Shown here: positions 36,241 through 45,389 of the stretch, in pieces
Layout: every line of letters starts with the position of its first letter
Position numbering within the stretch: the stretch's first letter is position 1
Assembly (NCBI GenBank): GCA_017882505.1
Contig: JADGPJ010000004.1
Span: 2,582-66,581, forward strand
Direction: 5' to 3'
Length of the DNA stretch: 64,000 nucleotides
Source: Solirubrobacterales bacterium
GTDB lineage: Bacteria > Actinomycetota > Thermoleophilia > Solirubrobacterales > 70-9
The notes under the pieces: model-generated
The model's input: only the letters and a program-made list of their open reading frames with translations
What the model was told of the DNA's origin: nothing
Databases searched by the model: none
Program-made: the position numbers and the translations under genes

Positions 36241-36271
36241 CTGTAGGTTGAAGGTTTCCGGAGAATGGCTC

Positions 36272-36901
36272 TCAGCTTGCAGCCTGCACGGCTCGCATGC
36301 CCTTCCGCGCGTAGAGCACGGTGGCGAGGATCGCAAGCGCCAGGCCGACGATCAGCAGCGCTGCGGGCACCCAGCCGGCGAAGACCATCGAGAAGAAGAT
36401 CCCGCCCATGATCGGGAACACCGAGAGGCGCCCGGGCCAGTTGACTTCGATGTCGACCCCGTGCCGCAGGCCGTACTCGGCGAGGCCGAGCATCACCAGC
36501 TCGCGCAGCGCGAGCAGCGCCAGCGCCCAGCGGGGCAGCAGCTCGAAATGCCAGCAGACGACGGCCCCGGAGAGGATCGTCAGCCGGTCGACGAGCGGAT
36601 CGAGCAGGGCCCCCATGCGGCTGTACTGGCCGGTGACCCGGGCGAGGAAGCCGTCGAGGTAGTCGCCGGCGGCGATCAGCCAGAAGAGGGTCGCCGAGGC
36701 GACGCTGCGCCCGTCGCCGGAGTCGAAGGCGAGGTAGAGGAAGACGGGCAGCGCCGCGAGCCGCGCGTAGCCGACGAAGTTCGGGATCGTCCAGGGATTG
36801 AGCGGCTCCCCTTTGCGGGTCGGGCGTGGTTTCCTGCCGGTTCGATCGAGGCCGAAGAGGCGCCGCAGCCGGCCGCGGCCGAACGGGGCCGCGTCAGTCA
36901 T
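36272..36901 (-). CDS. CDP-alcohol phosphatidyltransferase (PgsA-like)
   Basis: 209 aa. The signature D-x2-DG-x2-AR-x8-G-x3-D-x3-D appears as GDYLDGFLARVTGQYSRMGALLDPLVD. Multi-TM. Confidence 0.85.
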   Translation of the reverse strand: MTDAAPFGRGRLRRLFGLDRTGRKPRPTRKGEPLNPWTIPNFVGYARLAALPVFLYLAFDSGDGRSVASATLFWLIAAGDYLDGFLARVTGQYSRMGALLDPLVDRLTILSGAVVCWHFELLPRWALALLALRELVMLGLAEYGLRHGVDIEVNWPGRLSVFPIMGGIFFSMVFAGWVPAALLIVGLALAILATVLYARKGMRAVQAAS

Positions 36902-36904
36902 CGC

Positions 36905-38608
36905 TCAGGCGTCCCCGGACCCGTCGTCCACACCAGCGAGGAGCGCCAGCGCCCGCTCGGCGGCATCCTCCACGGGCAGCTTGTGCTCGGCGCCGCTGGC
37001 GCGCTCGGAGGCCTCGACGACGCCCTCGGCGAGGCCGCGGCGGCCGGCGACGATGCGCAGCGGGCAGCCGAGCAGCTCGGCGTCGGTCAGCTTCTCCCCC
37101 GGCCCGGCGTCGCGATCGTCGTAGAGGACTTCGGCACCGGCGGCTCCAAGCGCGTCATAGATCCTGTCGGCCGCCTCGCGCTCGGGCTCGCCGGCCTTGG
37201 CGAGCGAGACCAGGTGGACCTGCCAGGGGGCGATCGCCCGCGGCCAGACGATGCCGCGATCGTCGGCGCGCTGCTCGATCGAGGCGGCGACGATCCGCGC
37301 CGGCCCGATCCCGTAGCTGCCCATCACGATCGCCTGCTCCTTGCCGTTCTCGTCGAGGAAGGTGGCGCCGAGCGGGTCTGAGTAACGGCTGCCGAGCTTG
37401 AAGATGTTGCCGACCTCGATCGCCGGCTCGATCTCGATCGTGCCGCCGCCGGGGGCCGTGTCGCCGGCCTCGACCGTGCGCACGTCGAGCTCCTCGAACT
37501 CGAAGTCGCGGCTCGGCTGGACGCCGCGCAGGTGGGCGTCGGGCTCGTTGGCGCCGCAGACGAAGGAGCCACCGACGATCGCGGCGTCCTTGATCACCGG
37601 GATCTTCGCCCCGACCGGTCCGATGAAGCCGACCGGTCCGAGCCCGGCGGCGATCTCCTCCGCCCCCGCCTGGCGGAACTCGGCGCCGAGCGCGTTGCGC
37701 AGCTTGATCTCGTTGAGGCGGTGGTCGCCGCGGACGAGGACGAGGACCATGCCGCGGTCCTCGACGATCACCGGCAGCGCCTTGATCAGCGCCCCGGCCG
37801 GGACCTCGAGCGCACCGGAGACCTCCTCGACCGTGGTCAGCCCGGGCGTCGAGACGCGCTCGGGCGCGCTCAGCGGCGCCGGCAGCTCGACCGGCTGCGC
37901 CCGCGCCGAGGCGACCTCGACGTTGGCGGCGTAGCCGGGCGCCAGCGCCACCTCGTTCTCCCCCGCCGGGCAGGGTGCCATGAACTCGTCGGCGCCGGAG
38001 CCGCCCATCATCCCGACGTCGGACTCGACCTTGTACCAGCGCACGCCGCAGCGGTCGAGGATGCGCTCGTAGGCGCCGGACTGGAGGTCGTAGGACCGCG
38101 CCAGTCCCTCCTCGTCGCGGTCGAAGGAGTAGGCGTCCTTCATCGTGAACTCGCGCGTGCGCAGCACGCCGGCGCGCGGCCGTGGCTCGTCGCGCTCCTT
38201 GGTCTGGATGTGGAACAGCATCAGCGGCAGGTCGCGGTAGGAGCGGACCTCGCGGGCGACGTGGTAGGTGATCGCCTCCTCGTGGGTCATCGCCAGGACC
38301 AGCGGCGACCCCTTGCGGTCCTCGAGCTTGAACAGCTCGTCGATCGCGTACCGCCCGGATTTCTTCCACGGCTCAGCCGGTTGGAGGACCGGCATCAGCA
38401 TCTCCTGGCACCCGATCCCCTCCATCTCCTCCCGGATCACTGCCTCCACCTTCCGCTCCACCCGCCACCCCGCGGGCAGATACGTCCAGAGCCCCGCCCC
38501 CATCTGCCGAATCAGCCCCGCCCTCACCATCAGCTTGTGCGAAATCGCCTCGGCGTCAGCCGGAGCATCCTTGAGCGTCGGAATAAAGGCCTGAGACTGT
38601 CGACTCAC
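36905..38608 (-). CDS. proS: Proline--tRNA ligase (bacterial type with editing insertion)
   Basis: 567 aa. SHKLMVRAGLIRQ, class II motifs (FHIQTKERDEPRPRAGVLRTREFTMKDAYSF) and a C-terminal anticodon-binding domain. Confidence 0.93.
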   Translation of the reverse strand: MSRQSQAFIPTLKDAPADAEAISHKLMVRAGLIRQMGAGLWTYLPAGWRVERKVEAVIREEMEGIGCQEMLMPVLQPAEPWKKSGRYAIDELFKLEDRKGSPLVLAMTHEEAITYHVAREVRSYRDLPLMLFHIQTKERDEPRPRAGVLRTREFTMKDAYSFDRDEEGLARSYDLQSGAYERILDRCGVRWYKVESDVGMMGGSGADEFMAPCPAGENEVALAPGYAANVEVASARAQPVELPAPLSAPERVSTPGLTTVEEVSGALEVPAGALIKALPVIVEDRGMVLVLVRGDHRLNEIKLRNALGAEFRQAGAEEIAAGLGPVGFIGPVGAKIPVIKDAAIVGGSFVCGANEPDAHLRGVQPSRDFEFEELDVRTVEAGDTAPGGGTIEIEPAIEVGNIFKLGSRYSDPLGATFLDENGKEQAIVMGSYGIGPARIVAASIEQRADDRGIVWPRAIAPWQVHLVSLAKAGEPEREAADRIYDALGAAGAEVLYDDRDAGPGEKLTDAELLGCPLRIVAGRRGLAEGVVEASERASGAEHKLPVEDAAERALALLAGVDDGSGDA

Positions 38609-38677
38609 GCCTGAAACCTATCCGCTGCCCGAACGAGCAGCCGATCTCCCAGGCTGACGTTGCCCGGGCGGCACCGC

Positions 38678-39931
38678 CTAAGCCCTGGTAAATCTCCGCC
38701 CCGCCGTCGGCGAAGCCGCCTCGTCCAAGAGCACCTTGTCCGACTCCCCCTTCTCAACCGCTTCCCTCTCCATCCGCGCGATCTTCTCCGGCGTCAGTTC
38801 GCCAGCGTTTTCCTCCTCGATCCTGGCCAGCCAGGCGGCGCCCTCGCGCGACTCCGCCTCGTCGATCTCGACCTTGCCGCGATCGAGCGACTTGTCGATC
38901 TCTTCGAAGAGGGTGTCGACTAGCGTCTCCTGCGGAACCTTTCGCAACGGCTTGCCGTGGGTGAAGATCAGGCCCTCGTTCTTGGCGCCGGCGATGCCGA
39001 AGTCGGCGTGGCTGGCCTCGCCGATGCCGTTGACGGCGCAGCCGAGCACCGCCACCTCGACCGGCTCGGCGTAGCTTTCGAGCCGCTGCTCGATTTCGGC
39101 GACGACGGAGTCCATGTCGAACTGGAGCCGGCCGCAAGTCGGGCAGGCGATCAGGACCGGGCCGCGCTCGCGCAGCTGCAGCGCCTTGAGGATCTCCCAG
39201 GCGACTTTGACCTCCTCCTCGGCGTGGAAGGTCGAGAGGCTGATCCGGATCGTGTCGCCGATCCCGTCGGCGAGCAGGGTCCCCAGCCCGACCGCCGATT
39301 TCAGCGAACCCGCCCATTTCGTCCCCGCCTCGGTGATCCCCAGGTGCAACGGGTAGGGCACCTTCTCCGACAGCAGCCGGTTGGCGGCGATCGTGTTGGG
39401 GACGTTGGTCGACTTGATCGAGATCTTGAAGTTCTCGAAATCGAGGCCCTCCATCAACTCGACGAACTCGACCGCGGCGGCGACCAGCGCCTCGACCGGC
39501 GCTTCGCGCTCGAGCGCGTGCAGGTGCTTGGGCAGCGAGCCGGAGTTGACCCCGATCCGCATCGGCACGTTGGCGGCATTCGCCTTCTCCGCCACCTCGG
39601 CGACTTTGTCGCGGCCGCCGATGTTGCCCGGGTTGAGCCGGATGCAGTGGGCGCCGGCGTCGATCGCCTTCAGCGCCAGGGTGTGGTTGAAGTGGATGTC
39701 GGCGATGATCGGGATCGGCGACTCCTTGACGATCGTCCTCAGCGCCTCGACGTCCTTCTCCCGCGGCACCGCGCAGCGGACGATGTCGGCTCCCGCCTCG
39801 GCGACCCTGTGGATCTGCTCCATCGTCGCCGCCAGGTTCGCCGTCTCGGTCTTGGTCATCGTCTGCACGACGACCGGGGCGCCGCCGCCGATCGGCACGC
39901 CGCCCACGAATATCTGCCGCTTGGAAGCCAT
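38678..39931 (-). CDS. ispG: 4-hydroxy-3-methylbut-2-en-1-yl diphosphate synthase (flavodoxin)
   Basis: I chose ATG 39929-39931 (MASKRQIFVGGVPIGGGAPVVVQTMT). CPTCGR and GCAVNGIGE provide the cluster cysteines. The track extension to 40828 is antisense to the neighbouring gene. Confidence 0.92.
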   Translation of the reverse strand: MASKRQIFVGGVPIGGGAPVVVQTMTKTETANLAATMEQIHRVAEAGADIVRCAVPREKDVEALRTIVKESPIPIIADIHFNHTLALKAIDAGAHCIRLNPGNIGGRDKVAEVAEKANAANVPMRIGVNSGSLPKHLHALEREAPVEALVAAAVEFVELMEGLDFENFKISIKSTNVPNTIAANRLLSEKVPYPLHLGITEAGTKWAGSLKSAVGLGTLLADGIGDTIRISLSTFHAEEEVKVAWEILKALQLRERGPVLIACPTCGRLQFDMDSVVAEIEQRLESYAEPVEVAVLGCAVNGIGEASHADFGIAGAKNEGLIFTHGKPLRKVPQETLVDTLFEEIDKSLDRGKVEIDEAESREGAAWLARIEEENAGELTPEKIARMEREAVEKGESDKVLLDEAASPTAGRRFTRA

Positions 39932-40003
39932 CTGCGAAGCGTACCGGGAGGGGTTCGCCCGTCGGATTGAACCCGGCCGCGGTGGTAGTCGTAGGCCGGA
40001 CCG

Positions 40004-40921
40004 ATGAGAGGGCGTCTCGCCGCACCCGTAGCTTTCCTGGCCGTTGCGATCGGGCTGTCCGCCGCGCCGGCCGCCGAGGCGACCTTTCACCTGATGCAGA
40101 TCCGTGAGGTCTACCCGGGCTCGGTCGCCAGCCCCGGCTCCGAGTACGTCGAGTTGCAGATGTGGGCCGAAGGTCAGAACCACGTCGCCGGGCACGTTCT
40201 TCGCACCTATGCCGCCTCCGGAGCGGTCACCGGTACCGACGCCTTTTCCGCCGACGTCCCCCGCGGCGCCGACCAGAGCACGATGGTTCTGGCCACCCCC
40301 GAAGCCGAATCGCAGTTCGGCTTCGTCGGTGACGCCCCGCTCGCACCCCCGGGCTCGCTCGACCCCAGCGGCGGCGCCGTCTGCTGGGAAGACCTCGACT
40401 GCGTCTCTTGGGGCGCCTTCTCCGGCTCGCTTCCCAGTCCGGCCGCCGCCCCCGCCGGCATTCCCGATGGAATGGCGCTTCGCCGCACCATCGCGACCGG
40501 CTGCCCAACCCTGCTGGAGCCGGGTGACGACCACGACAACAGCGCCGCCGATTTCTCCGCCGCCTTCCCTGGTCCGCGACCGAACTCGGTCGCCCCCTCC
40601 GAGCACGCCTGCGGTTCCGCATCTGAAGCGGCCGGGTCCCAGCCGAACCGGCATGCGCCGCAGACGGCCCTGAGCAGGAAGCCGCCGAAGCGGTCCCGCG
40701 ATCGCACCCCGACCTTCCGCTTCGGCGCCGACGAAGCCGGAGCGAGCTTCGAATGCGCGATCGATTCCCGGCCCTTCCGGGCTTGCCGTTCGCCGTTCAC
40801 CCCAGGGCGTCTCGCGATCGGCCACCACACCTTCAAGGTACGGGCCCGCGGCGACTCGGGATTAGCGGATCCGTCGCCGGCCAGCTACGCCTTCGCGGTT
40901 CTGCCCAAACGGTTGCGCTAG
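40004..40921 (+). CDS. Secreted hypothetical protein with a lamin-tail-domain-like N-terminal module and a basic C-terminal Ig-like module
   Basis: 305 aa. Signal peptide MRGRLAAPVAFLAVAIGLSAAPAAEA. LMQIREVYPGS...SEYVELQ resembles LTD. The C-terminal block is TFRFGADEAGASFECAIDSRPFRACRSPF...GHHTFKVRA. Confidence 0.6.
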   Translation: MRGRLAAPVAFLAVAIGLSAAPAAEATFHLMQIREVYPGSVASPGSEYVELQMWAEGQNHVAGHVLRTYAASGAVTGTDAFSADVPRGADQSTMVLATPEAESQFGFVGDAPLAPPGSLDPSGGAVCWEDLDCVSWGAFSGSLPSPAAAPAGIPDGMALRRTIATGCPTLLEPGDDHDNSAADFSAAFPGPRPNSVAPSEHACGSASEAAGSQPNRHAPQTALSRKPPKRSRDRTPTFRFGADEAGASFECAIDSRPFRACRSPFTPGRLAIGHHTFKVRARGDSGLADPSPASYAFAVLPKRLR

Positions 40922-42009
40922 CGGACTTTGAATCCTTCGCCGGTGATCCGCCCGATGTCGTTCGACAATCCGATGAAGAAGAGCATCGCGACAAGGGCGA
41001 ACCCGATCATGCTGGCCCGTTCCATCACTCGCATCGATACCGGTTCTCCACGCATCTTCTCGATCAGGCTCCAGAAGATGTGACCGCCGTCGAGCGGCAG
41101 GATCGGCAACAGGTTGATCAGGCCCAGGGAGAGGCTGACCAGGGCCAGCAGGAGCAGGGATTGAGAGAGGCCGACGTTGATCGTCTGGTTCGCCACGTCG
41201 CTGGTTCCGACGATCCCGGAGATTTCCTTGCGCTCTTCGGATTCGAAGATGTGAGCGAAGACGTGGACGGTGCCCGACGCGACCATCCACATCGAGTCCC
41301 AGGAGCGACTGATCGCGCCGCCGACTCCCAGCACTTCGCGTTCCGAGCCGTAGGTGAACCCGATCAGGACTTTGCCGTTTTCGGCGCTGTATTCGGGTCG
41401 CACGGTGAGGTTCTGGACGCCGCCGTCGCGCCGGATCGTCAGCTCGACCGGCGTCGCCGCCTTGCACCCGTCGACCTGCTTGCCGGCGCACTCGTGCGCG
41501 GCCACCAGGTTTCCGAAGTGGATGAGACGGTCTTCCACGCTCAGATTGGGGAAGCTGTGACCGTCGACGGCGAGGATCCTGTCGCCTGACTGAAGCGCCG
41601 TCGCCGCCGGCGTATCCGCCCTGACTGGCCCCACCGTCTGGTTGATCTTCTGGGCGGCGAAGAAGAAAACGCCGAAGAGGATCAGGAAGGCCAGGGCAAT
41701 GTTCACCGCCGGCCCGGCGCCGATCACGACGATCCGCTTCCAGACAGGCTGGCGGTAGTAGGCGCGGTGCGCGACCTCCGGGGGAATCTCTTCCTCCGGG
41801 TTCATGCCGGTGATCTTCACGTAGCCGCCGAGCGGGATCGCTTTGACCCCGTACTCGGTCTCGCCGCGTTTGAACGACCAGATCGTCGGGCCGAAGAAGA
41901 GGAAGAAGCGCTCGACCCGCATCCCCGTTGCCTTCGCGGCGACGTAATGACCGGCCTCGTGGAGCATGATCAACAGGCAGAAGCCGGCGAAGATGTAGAT
42001 CCAGTTCAT
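40918..42009 (-). CDS. rseP: RIP metalloprotease RseP / site-2 protease (M50)
   Basis: 363 aa. HEAGHYV zinc motif in TM1, a central PDZ-like region, and a C-terminal NLLPILPLDGGH motif. Confidence 0.9.
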   Translation of the reverse strand: MNWIYIFAGFCLLIMLHEAGHYVAAKATGMRVERFFLFFGPTIWSFKRGETEYGVKAIPLGGYVKITGMNPEEEIPPEVAHRAYYRQPVWKRIVVIGAGPAVNIALAFLILFGVFFFAAQKINQTVGPVRADTPAATALQSGDRILAVDGHSFPNLSVEDRLIHFGNLVAAHECAGKQVDGCKAATPVELTIRRDGGVQNLTVRPEYSAENGKVLIGFTYGSEREVLGVGGAISRSWDSMWMVASGTVHVFAHIFESEERKEISGIVGTSDVANQTINVGLSQSLLLLALVSLSLGLINLLPILPLDGGHIFWSLIEKMRGEPVSMRVMERASMIGFALVAMLFFIGLSNDIGRITGEGFKVR

Positions 42010-43151
42010 GCTGGAGTCAACCCCCGAACCTGGTCCTCGGAGCGCTGGCGGGCCTCGATATCGGTGGCGAAGAGGTCCTCGAAATGAGTCACCGGCTGGG
42101 CCGGCATCTCCTCCAGCACCCGCTCGATCACCGCGGCGATGCCGGTGAAGGGGATGCGGCCGTCGAGGAAGGCGGCGACGGCGACCTCGTCGGCGGCGTT
42201 GAGGACGCAGGGCGCGGTCCCCCCCGTCTCGCCCGCCTCCAGCGCCAGGCGCAGGCAGGCGAAGGTCGCCGGGTCTGGCGCCTCGAAGGTCAGCTCCCCT
42301 GCCGCGGCGAGGTCGAGCTGGGGCACGTCGACGTCGGCCCGTTCGGGAAAGTGCAGCGCGTATGAGATCGGCACCCGCATGTCGGGATAGCCGAGGTGGG
42401 CCAGCGAGGAGCCGTCGTTGAGGTGGATCAACGAGTGGACGAGGGACTGCGGGTGGACGACGACGTCGATTCGCTCGTAGGAGACGGCGAAGAGGTGGTG
42501 CGCCTCGATCGCCTCGAAACCCTTGTTCATCAGGGTCGCCGAGTCGATCGTGATCCGGCCGCCCATCCGCCAGGTCGGGTGGGCCAGGGCGTCCTCGACG
42601 CTGACCCCGGAGAGATCCTCGCGACCGCGGAAGGGACCGCCAGAGGCGGTCAGGACCAGCTTCTCGACCGTTCCCGGCGCCTCGCGGCCAACCAGCTGGT
42701 GCAGCGCCGAGTGCTCGGAGTCGACCGGCAGCAGGCGGGCGCCGGTCGCCTCCGAGAGCGCCATGACCAGCTCCCCACCTACCACCAGGCTCTCCTTGTT
42801 GGCGAGGGCGACGTCGATCCCCTCGGTCAGGGCGACGACGGTCGAGGCGAGACCGGCGGCGCCGACGATCCCGTTGAGGACCAGATCGGCGCCGGAGGTC
42901 GCGATCAGCTCGGTGACGCCGTCCTCGCCGCTGAGGACGCGGCCGCTCCAGCTCTCACGCGCCCGCTCGGCCGCACGGTCGTCGGCGAGCGCGATCGTCG
43001 GCACGCCGTGCTCGCGCGCCTGCTCGACCGCCAGCTCCCAGCCGGCTCCGGCCGCCAGGCCGACCACCTGGAGCTGCGCGGACGCGGCGACGACCTCGAG
43101 CGCCTGCGTTCCAATCGAGCCGGTCGATCCGAGTAGCAAGACCTTCTTCAT
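42006..43151 (-). CDS. dxr: 1-deoxy-D-xylulose-5-phosphate reductoisomerase
   Basis: 381 aa. LLGSTGSIGTQAL, LANKESLV, DSEHSA and HPTWRMG. Confidence 0.93.
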   Translation of the reverse strand: MKKVLLLGSTGSIGTQALEVVAASAQLQVVGLAAGAGWELAVEQAREHGVPTIALADDRAAERARESWSGRVLSGEDGVTELIATSGADLVLNGIVGAAGLASTVVALTEGIDVALANKESLVVGGELVMALSEATGARLLPVDSEHSALHQLVGREAPGTVEKLVLTASGGPFRGREDLSGVSVEDALAHPTWRMGGRITIDSATLMNKGFEAIEAHHLFAVSYERIDVVVHPQSLVHSLIHLNDGSSLAHLGYPDMRVPISYALHFPERADVDVPQLDLAAAGELTFEAPDPATFACLRLALEAGETGGTAPCVLNAADEVAVAAFLDGRIPFTGIAAVIERVLEEMPAQPVTHFEDLFATDIEARQRSEDQVRGLTPA

Positions 43152-43223
43152 GCGTACTTAGAGGATAGGGAGCGCTCGAGATTGCACTTGACCCCGCTAT
43201 TCGGGGTTAAATGCAATCTCATC

Positions 43224-44108
43224 TCAGTAGACGAGCGCGACCGAGAGGTAATAGCCGACGACGACGGTGAAGAAGACGGCGTCGAGGCGGTCGAGCATGC
43301 CTCCGTGGGGACCGAAGATCGTGCCGGTGTCCTTCTTACCGAGGTCGCGCTTCAGCATCGACTCGAAGAGGTCACCGACCGGAGCGAAGGCGGCAACGGC
43401 GGCGCCGATGATCAGCGCGTCCGCCCCCGTCAGCCAGTCCTGGTAGAGCCCGGCGAACCAGAAGCCCATGGTGCCGATCAGGAAGCCGCCGATCAGGCCC
43501 TCGACCGTCTTGTTCGGGGAGATGCCGGGGGCGAGTTTGTGGCTGCCGAACATCCGCCCGATCGCGTAGGCGGCGGTGTCGGCGACGAAGGTGCCGACGA
43601 GGACGTCGACCAGCAGTGCCGCACCGTGGTCGGGCAGGTCCCGGAGCAGAACCGCGTGGACCAGCGGGATCCCGATCCAGAAGATGCCCAGCAGCGTCAC
43701 CCCCAGCGAGACCGCGACCCGGTCGCGGTGGCGGTCGCCGGCGCCGAAGGCGAACAGCAGCGGGAACGAGGCGGCGAGGATCATCAGGACGTTGAAGGCG
43801 GTGCCGAAGTTGGCGGCGACGATCAGGGCGGCGACGGCGAGGTAGGCGGGGATCGCGATCGGCCGCGATTCCTCGGTCATCGCGATGTACTCGCGCAGGC
43901 AGATGCCGCCGATCGCGATCATCGCCACGGCGAAGACGAACCCGCCGGCGACCGTGATCGCGATCGCGAAGACGATCCAGGGCAGCGCCACCAGCACTCG
44001 CTTCGCGGTCTCGCCGCTGAGAACGCGCCGCCGCGGCTCCCGTGGCGGTTTCGGGGTGGGCGCGGGGTCGTCCTCGAACATCTCGTCGTCGAACAGTTCG
44101 ACGGTCAC
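43224..44108 (-). CDS. cdsA: Phosphatidate cytidylyltransferase
   Basis: The GTG start at 44106-44108 overlaps the uppS TGA (GTGA). Multi-TM. The C-terminal signature is SMLKRDLGKKDTGTIFGPHGGMLDRLD. Confidence 0.85.
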   Translation of the reverse strand: MTVELFDDEMFEDDPAPTPKPPREPRRRVLSGETAKRVLVALPWIVFAIAITVAGGFVFAVAMIAIGGICLREYIAMTEESRPIAIPAYLAVAALIVAANFGTAFNVLMILAASFPLLFAFGAGDRHRDRVAVSLGVTLLGIFWIGIPLVHAVLLRDLPDHGAALLVDVLVGTFVADTAAYAIGRMFGSHKLAPGISPNKTVEGLIGGFLIGTMGFWFAGLYQDWLTGADALIIGAAVAAFAPVGDLFESMLKRDLGKKDTGTIFGPHGGMLDRLDAVFFTVVVGYYLSVALVY

Positions 44109-44773
44109 GTCCTCGCTCCGAAACGGCGCTGGCGCGACTCGTACTCGGCCAGGGATTCCTCGAAGACGGCGCGGTCGAAGTCGGGCCAGAGCTCGTCGCG
44201 GAAGACCAGCTCCGAGTAGGCGCACTGCCAGAGCAGGTAGTTGGAGATCCGCTGCTCTCCGCTGGTTCGTATCAGGAGGTCTGGGTCGTGCATCTCGGGT
44301 GCGTAGAGGTGCTGGCGGAACTCCTCCTCGGAGCTCCCCTCAAAGCTTCGCGCCGCATCGACGATCTCCGCCCTGCCGCCGTAGTTGAAGGCGACGAAGA
44401 GGACGATCCGGTCGTTCGCGGCGGTCTTCTCCTCGGCCCACGCCATCCTCTCCACCAGCGCCGGATCGATCCCCTCGCGGCGGCCGACGAAACGCATCCG
44501 CACGCCTTCTTCGTTCAGCTCCGGGGTTTCGGAGGCGATCCGCTCCCCGAACATCCGCATCAGCCCCTCCACCTCCTCGCTGGAACGGCTCCAGTTCTCG
44601 GTCGAGAAGGAGAACACGGTCAGCTCTTCGATCCCGAGCTCGGCGGCGTCGCGCAAGCGCGCCTTGACGACGTCGGCCCCGGCCCGGTGGCCCTCGATCA
44701 CCGGCAGCCCGCGCTGCTGCGCCCAGCGGCCGTTGCCGTCGGTGATGATCGCCACGTATTTCGGGCCGGTCAC
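44105..44773 (-). CDS. uppS: Isoprenyl transferase (undecaprenyl diphosphate synthase family)
   Basis: 222 aa. VAIITDGNGRWA, FSTENWSR, RTSGEQRISNYLLWQ. Confidence 0.92.
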   Translation of the reverse strand: MTGPKYVAIITDGNGRWAQQRGLPVIEGHRAGADVVKARLRDAAELGIEELTVFSFSTENWSRSSEEVEGLMRMFGERIASETPELNEEGVRMRFVGRREGIDPALVERMAWAEEKTAANDRIVLFVAFNYGGRAEIVDAARSFEGSSEEEFRQHLYAPEMHDPDLLIRTSGEQRISNYLLWQCAYSELVFRDELWPDFDRAVFEESLAEYESRQRRFGART

Positions 44774-44810
44774 GGGCGCTGGGATTCCAGCGAGGAGGCG
44801 CAGAACCGCC

Positions 44811-45374
44811 TCACACCTCGAGGATTTCCTCTTCCTTGCCTTTGAGTAGAGAGTCGATCTCGGCGATCGCGTCGTCGGTCTGCTTCTGCAGCGCCGCCTC
44901 GGCGCGGCGCTCGTCGTCCTCGCCGGCTTCGCCCTCTTTCTTCAGCTCGCGCAGGTCGTGCATGACGTCGCGGCGGACGTTGCGGATCGCGACCCGGCCG
45001 TCCTCGGCGACGCCGTGGACCACCTTGACCATCTCCCGCCGCCGCTCCTCGGTCAGCTCGGGGATCGCGAGCCGGATCACATTGCCGTCGTTGCTCGGGG
45101 TCAGGCCGACGTCGGACTCGCTGATCGCCTTCTCGACCCCGCCCAGGGAGCCTTTGTCGAAAGGCGTCACGGTGAGCAGGCGGGCATCGGTGGTGGCGAT
45201 GTTGGCCAGCTGCTTGAGCGGCGTCGGGTTGCCGTAGTAATCGACGACGATGCGGTCGAGCAGGTGCGGGGAGGCGCGCCCGGTGCGTACAGTCGCCAGC
45301 TCGCCACGGCTCGAATCGACCGACTTGGTCATCCGTCCCTTGGCGTCCTCGAGCAGTTCGTCGATCAGATCCAC
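44811..45374 (-). CDS. frr: Ribosome recycling factor
   Basis: 187 aa. Typical RRF sequence throughout (VRTGRASPHLLD, IRNVRRD). Confidence 0.93.
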   Translation of the reverse strand: MDLIDELLEDAKGRMTKSVDSSRGELATVRTGRASPHLLDRIVVDYYGNPTPLKQLANIATTDARLLTVTPFDKGSLGGVEKAISESDVGLTPSNDGNVIRLAIPELTEERRREMVKVVHGVAEDGRVAIRNVRRDVMHDLRELKKEGEAGEDDERRAEAALQKQTDDAIAEIDSLLKGKEEEILEV

Positions 45375-45389
45375 GGTCCCAGTTCCTCG

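Noticed and set aside
33910-36246. 778-aa plus-strand ORF.
   Set aside because: It is antisense to five compact, motif-bearing minus-strand genes (FAD oxidase, SRPBCC, MerR, FHA, small coiled-coil protein). Its composition is typical of shadow ORFs.
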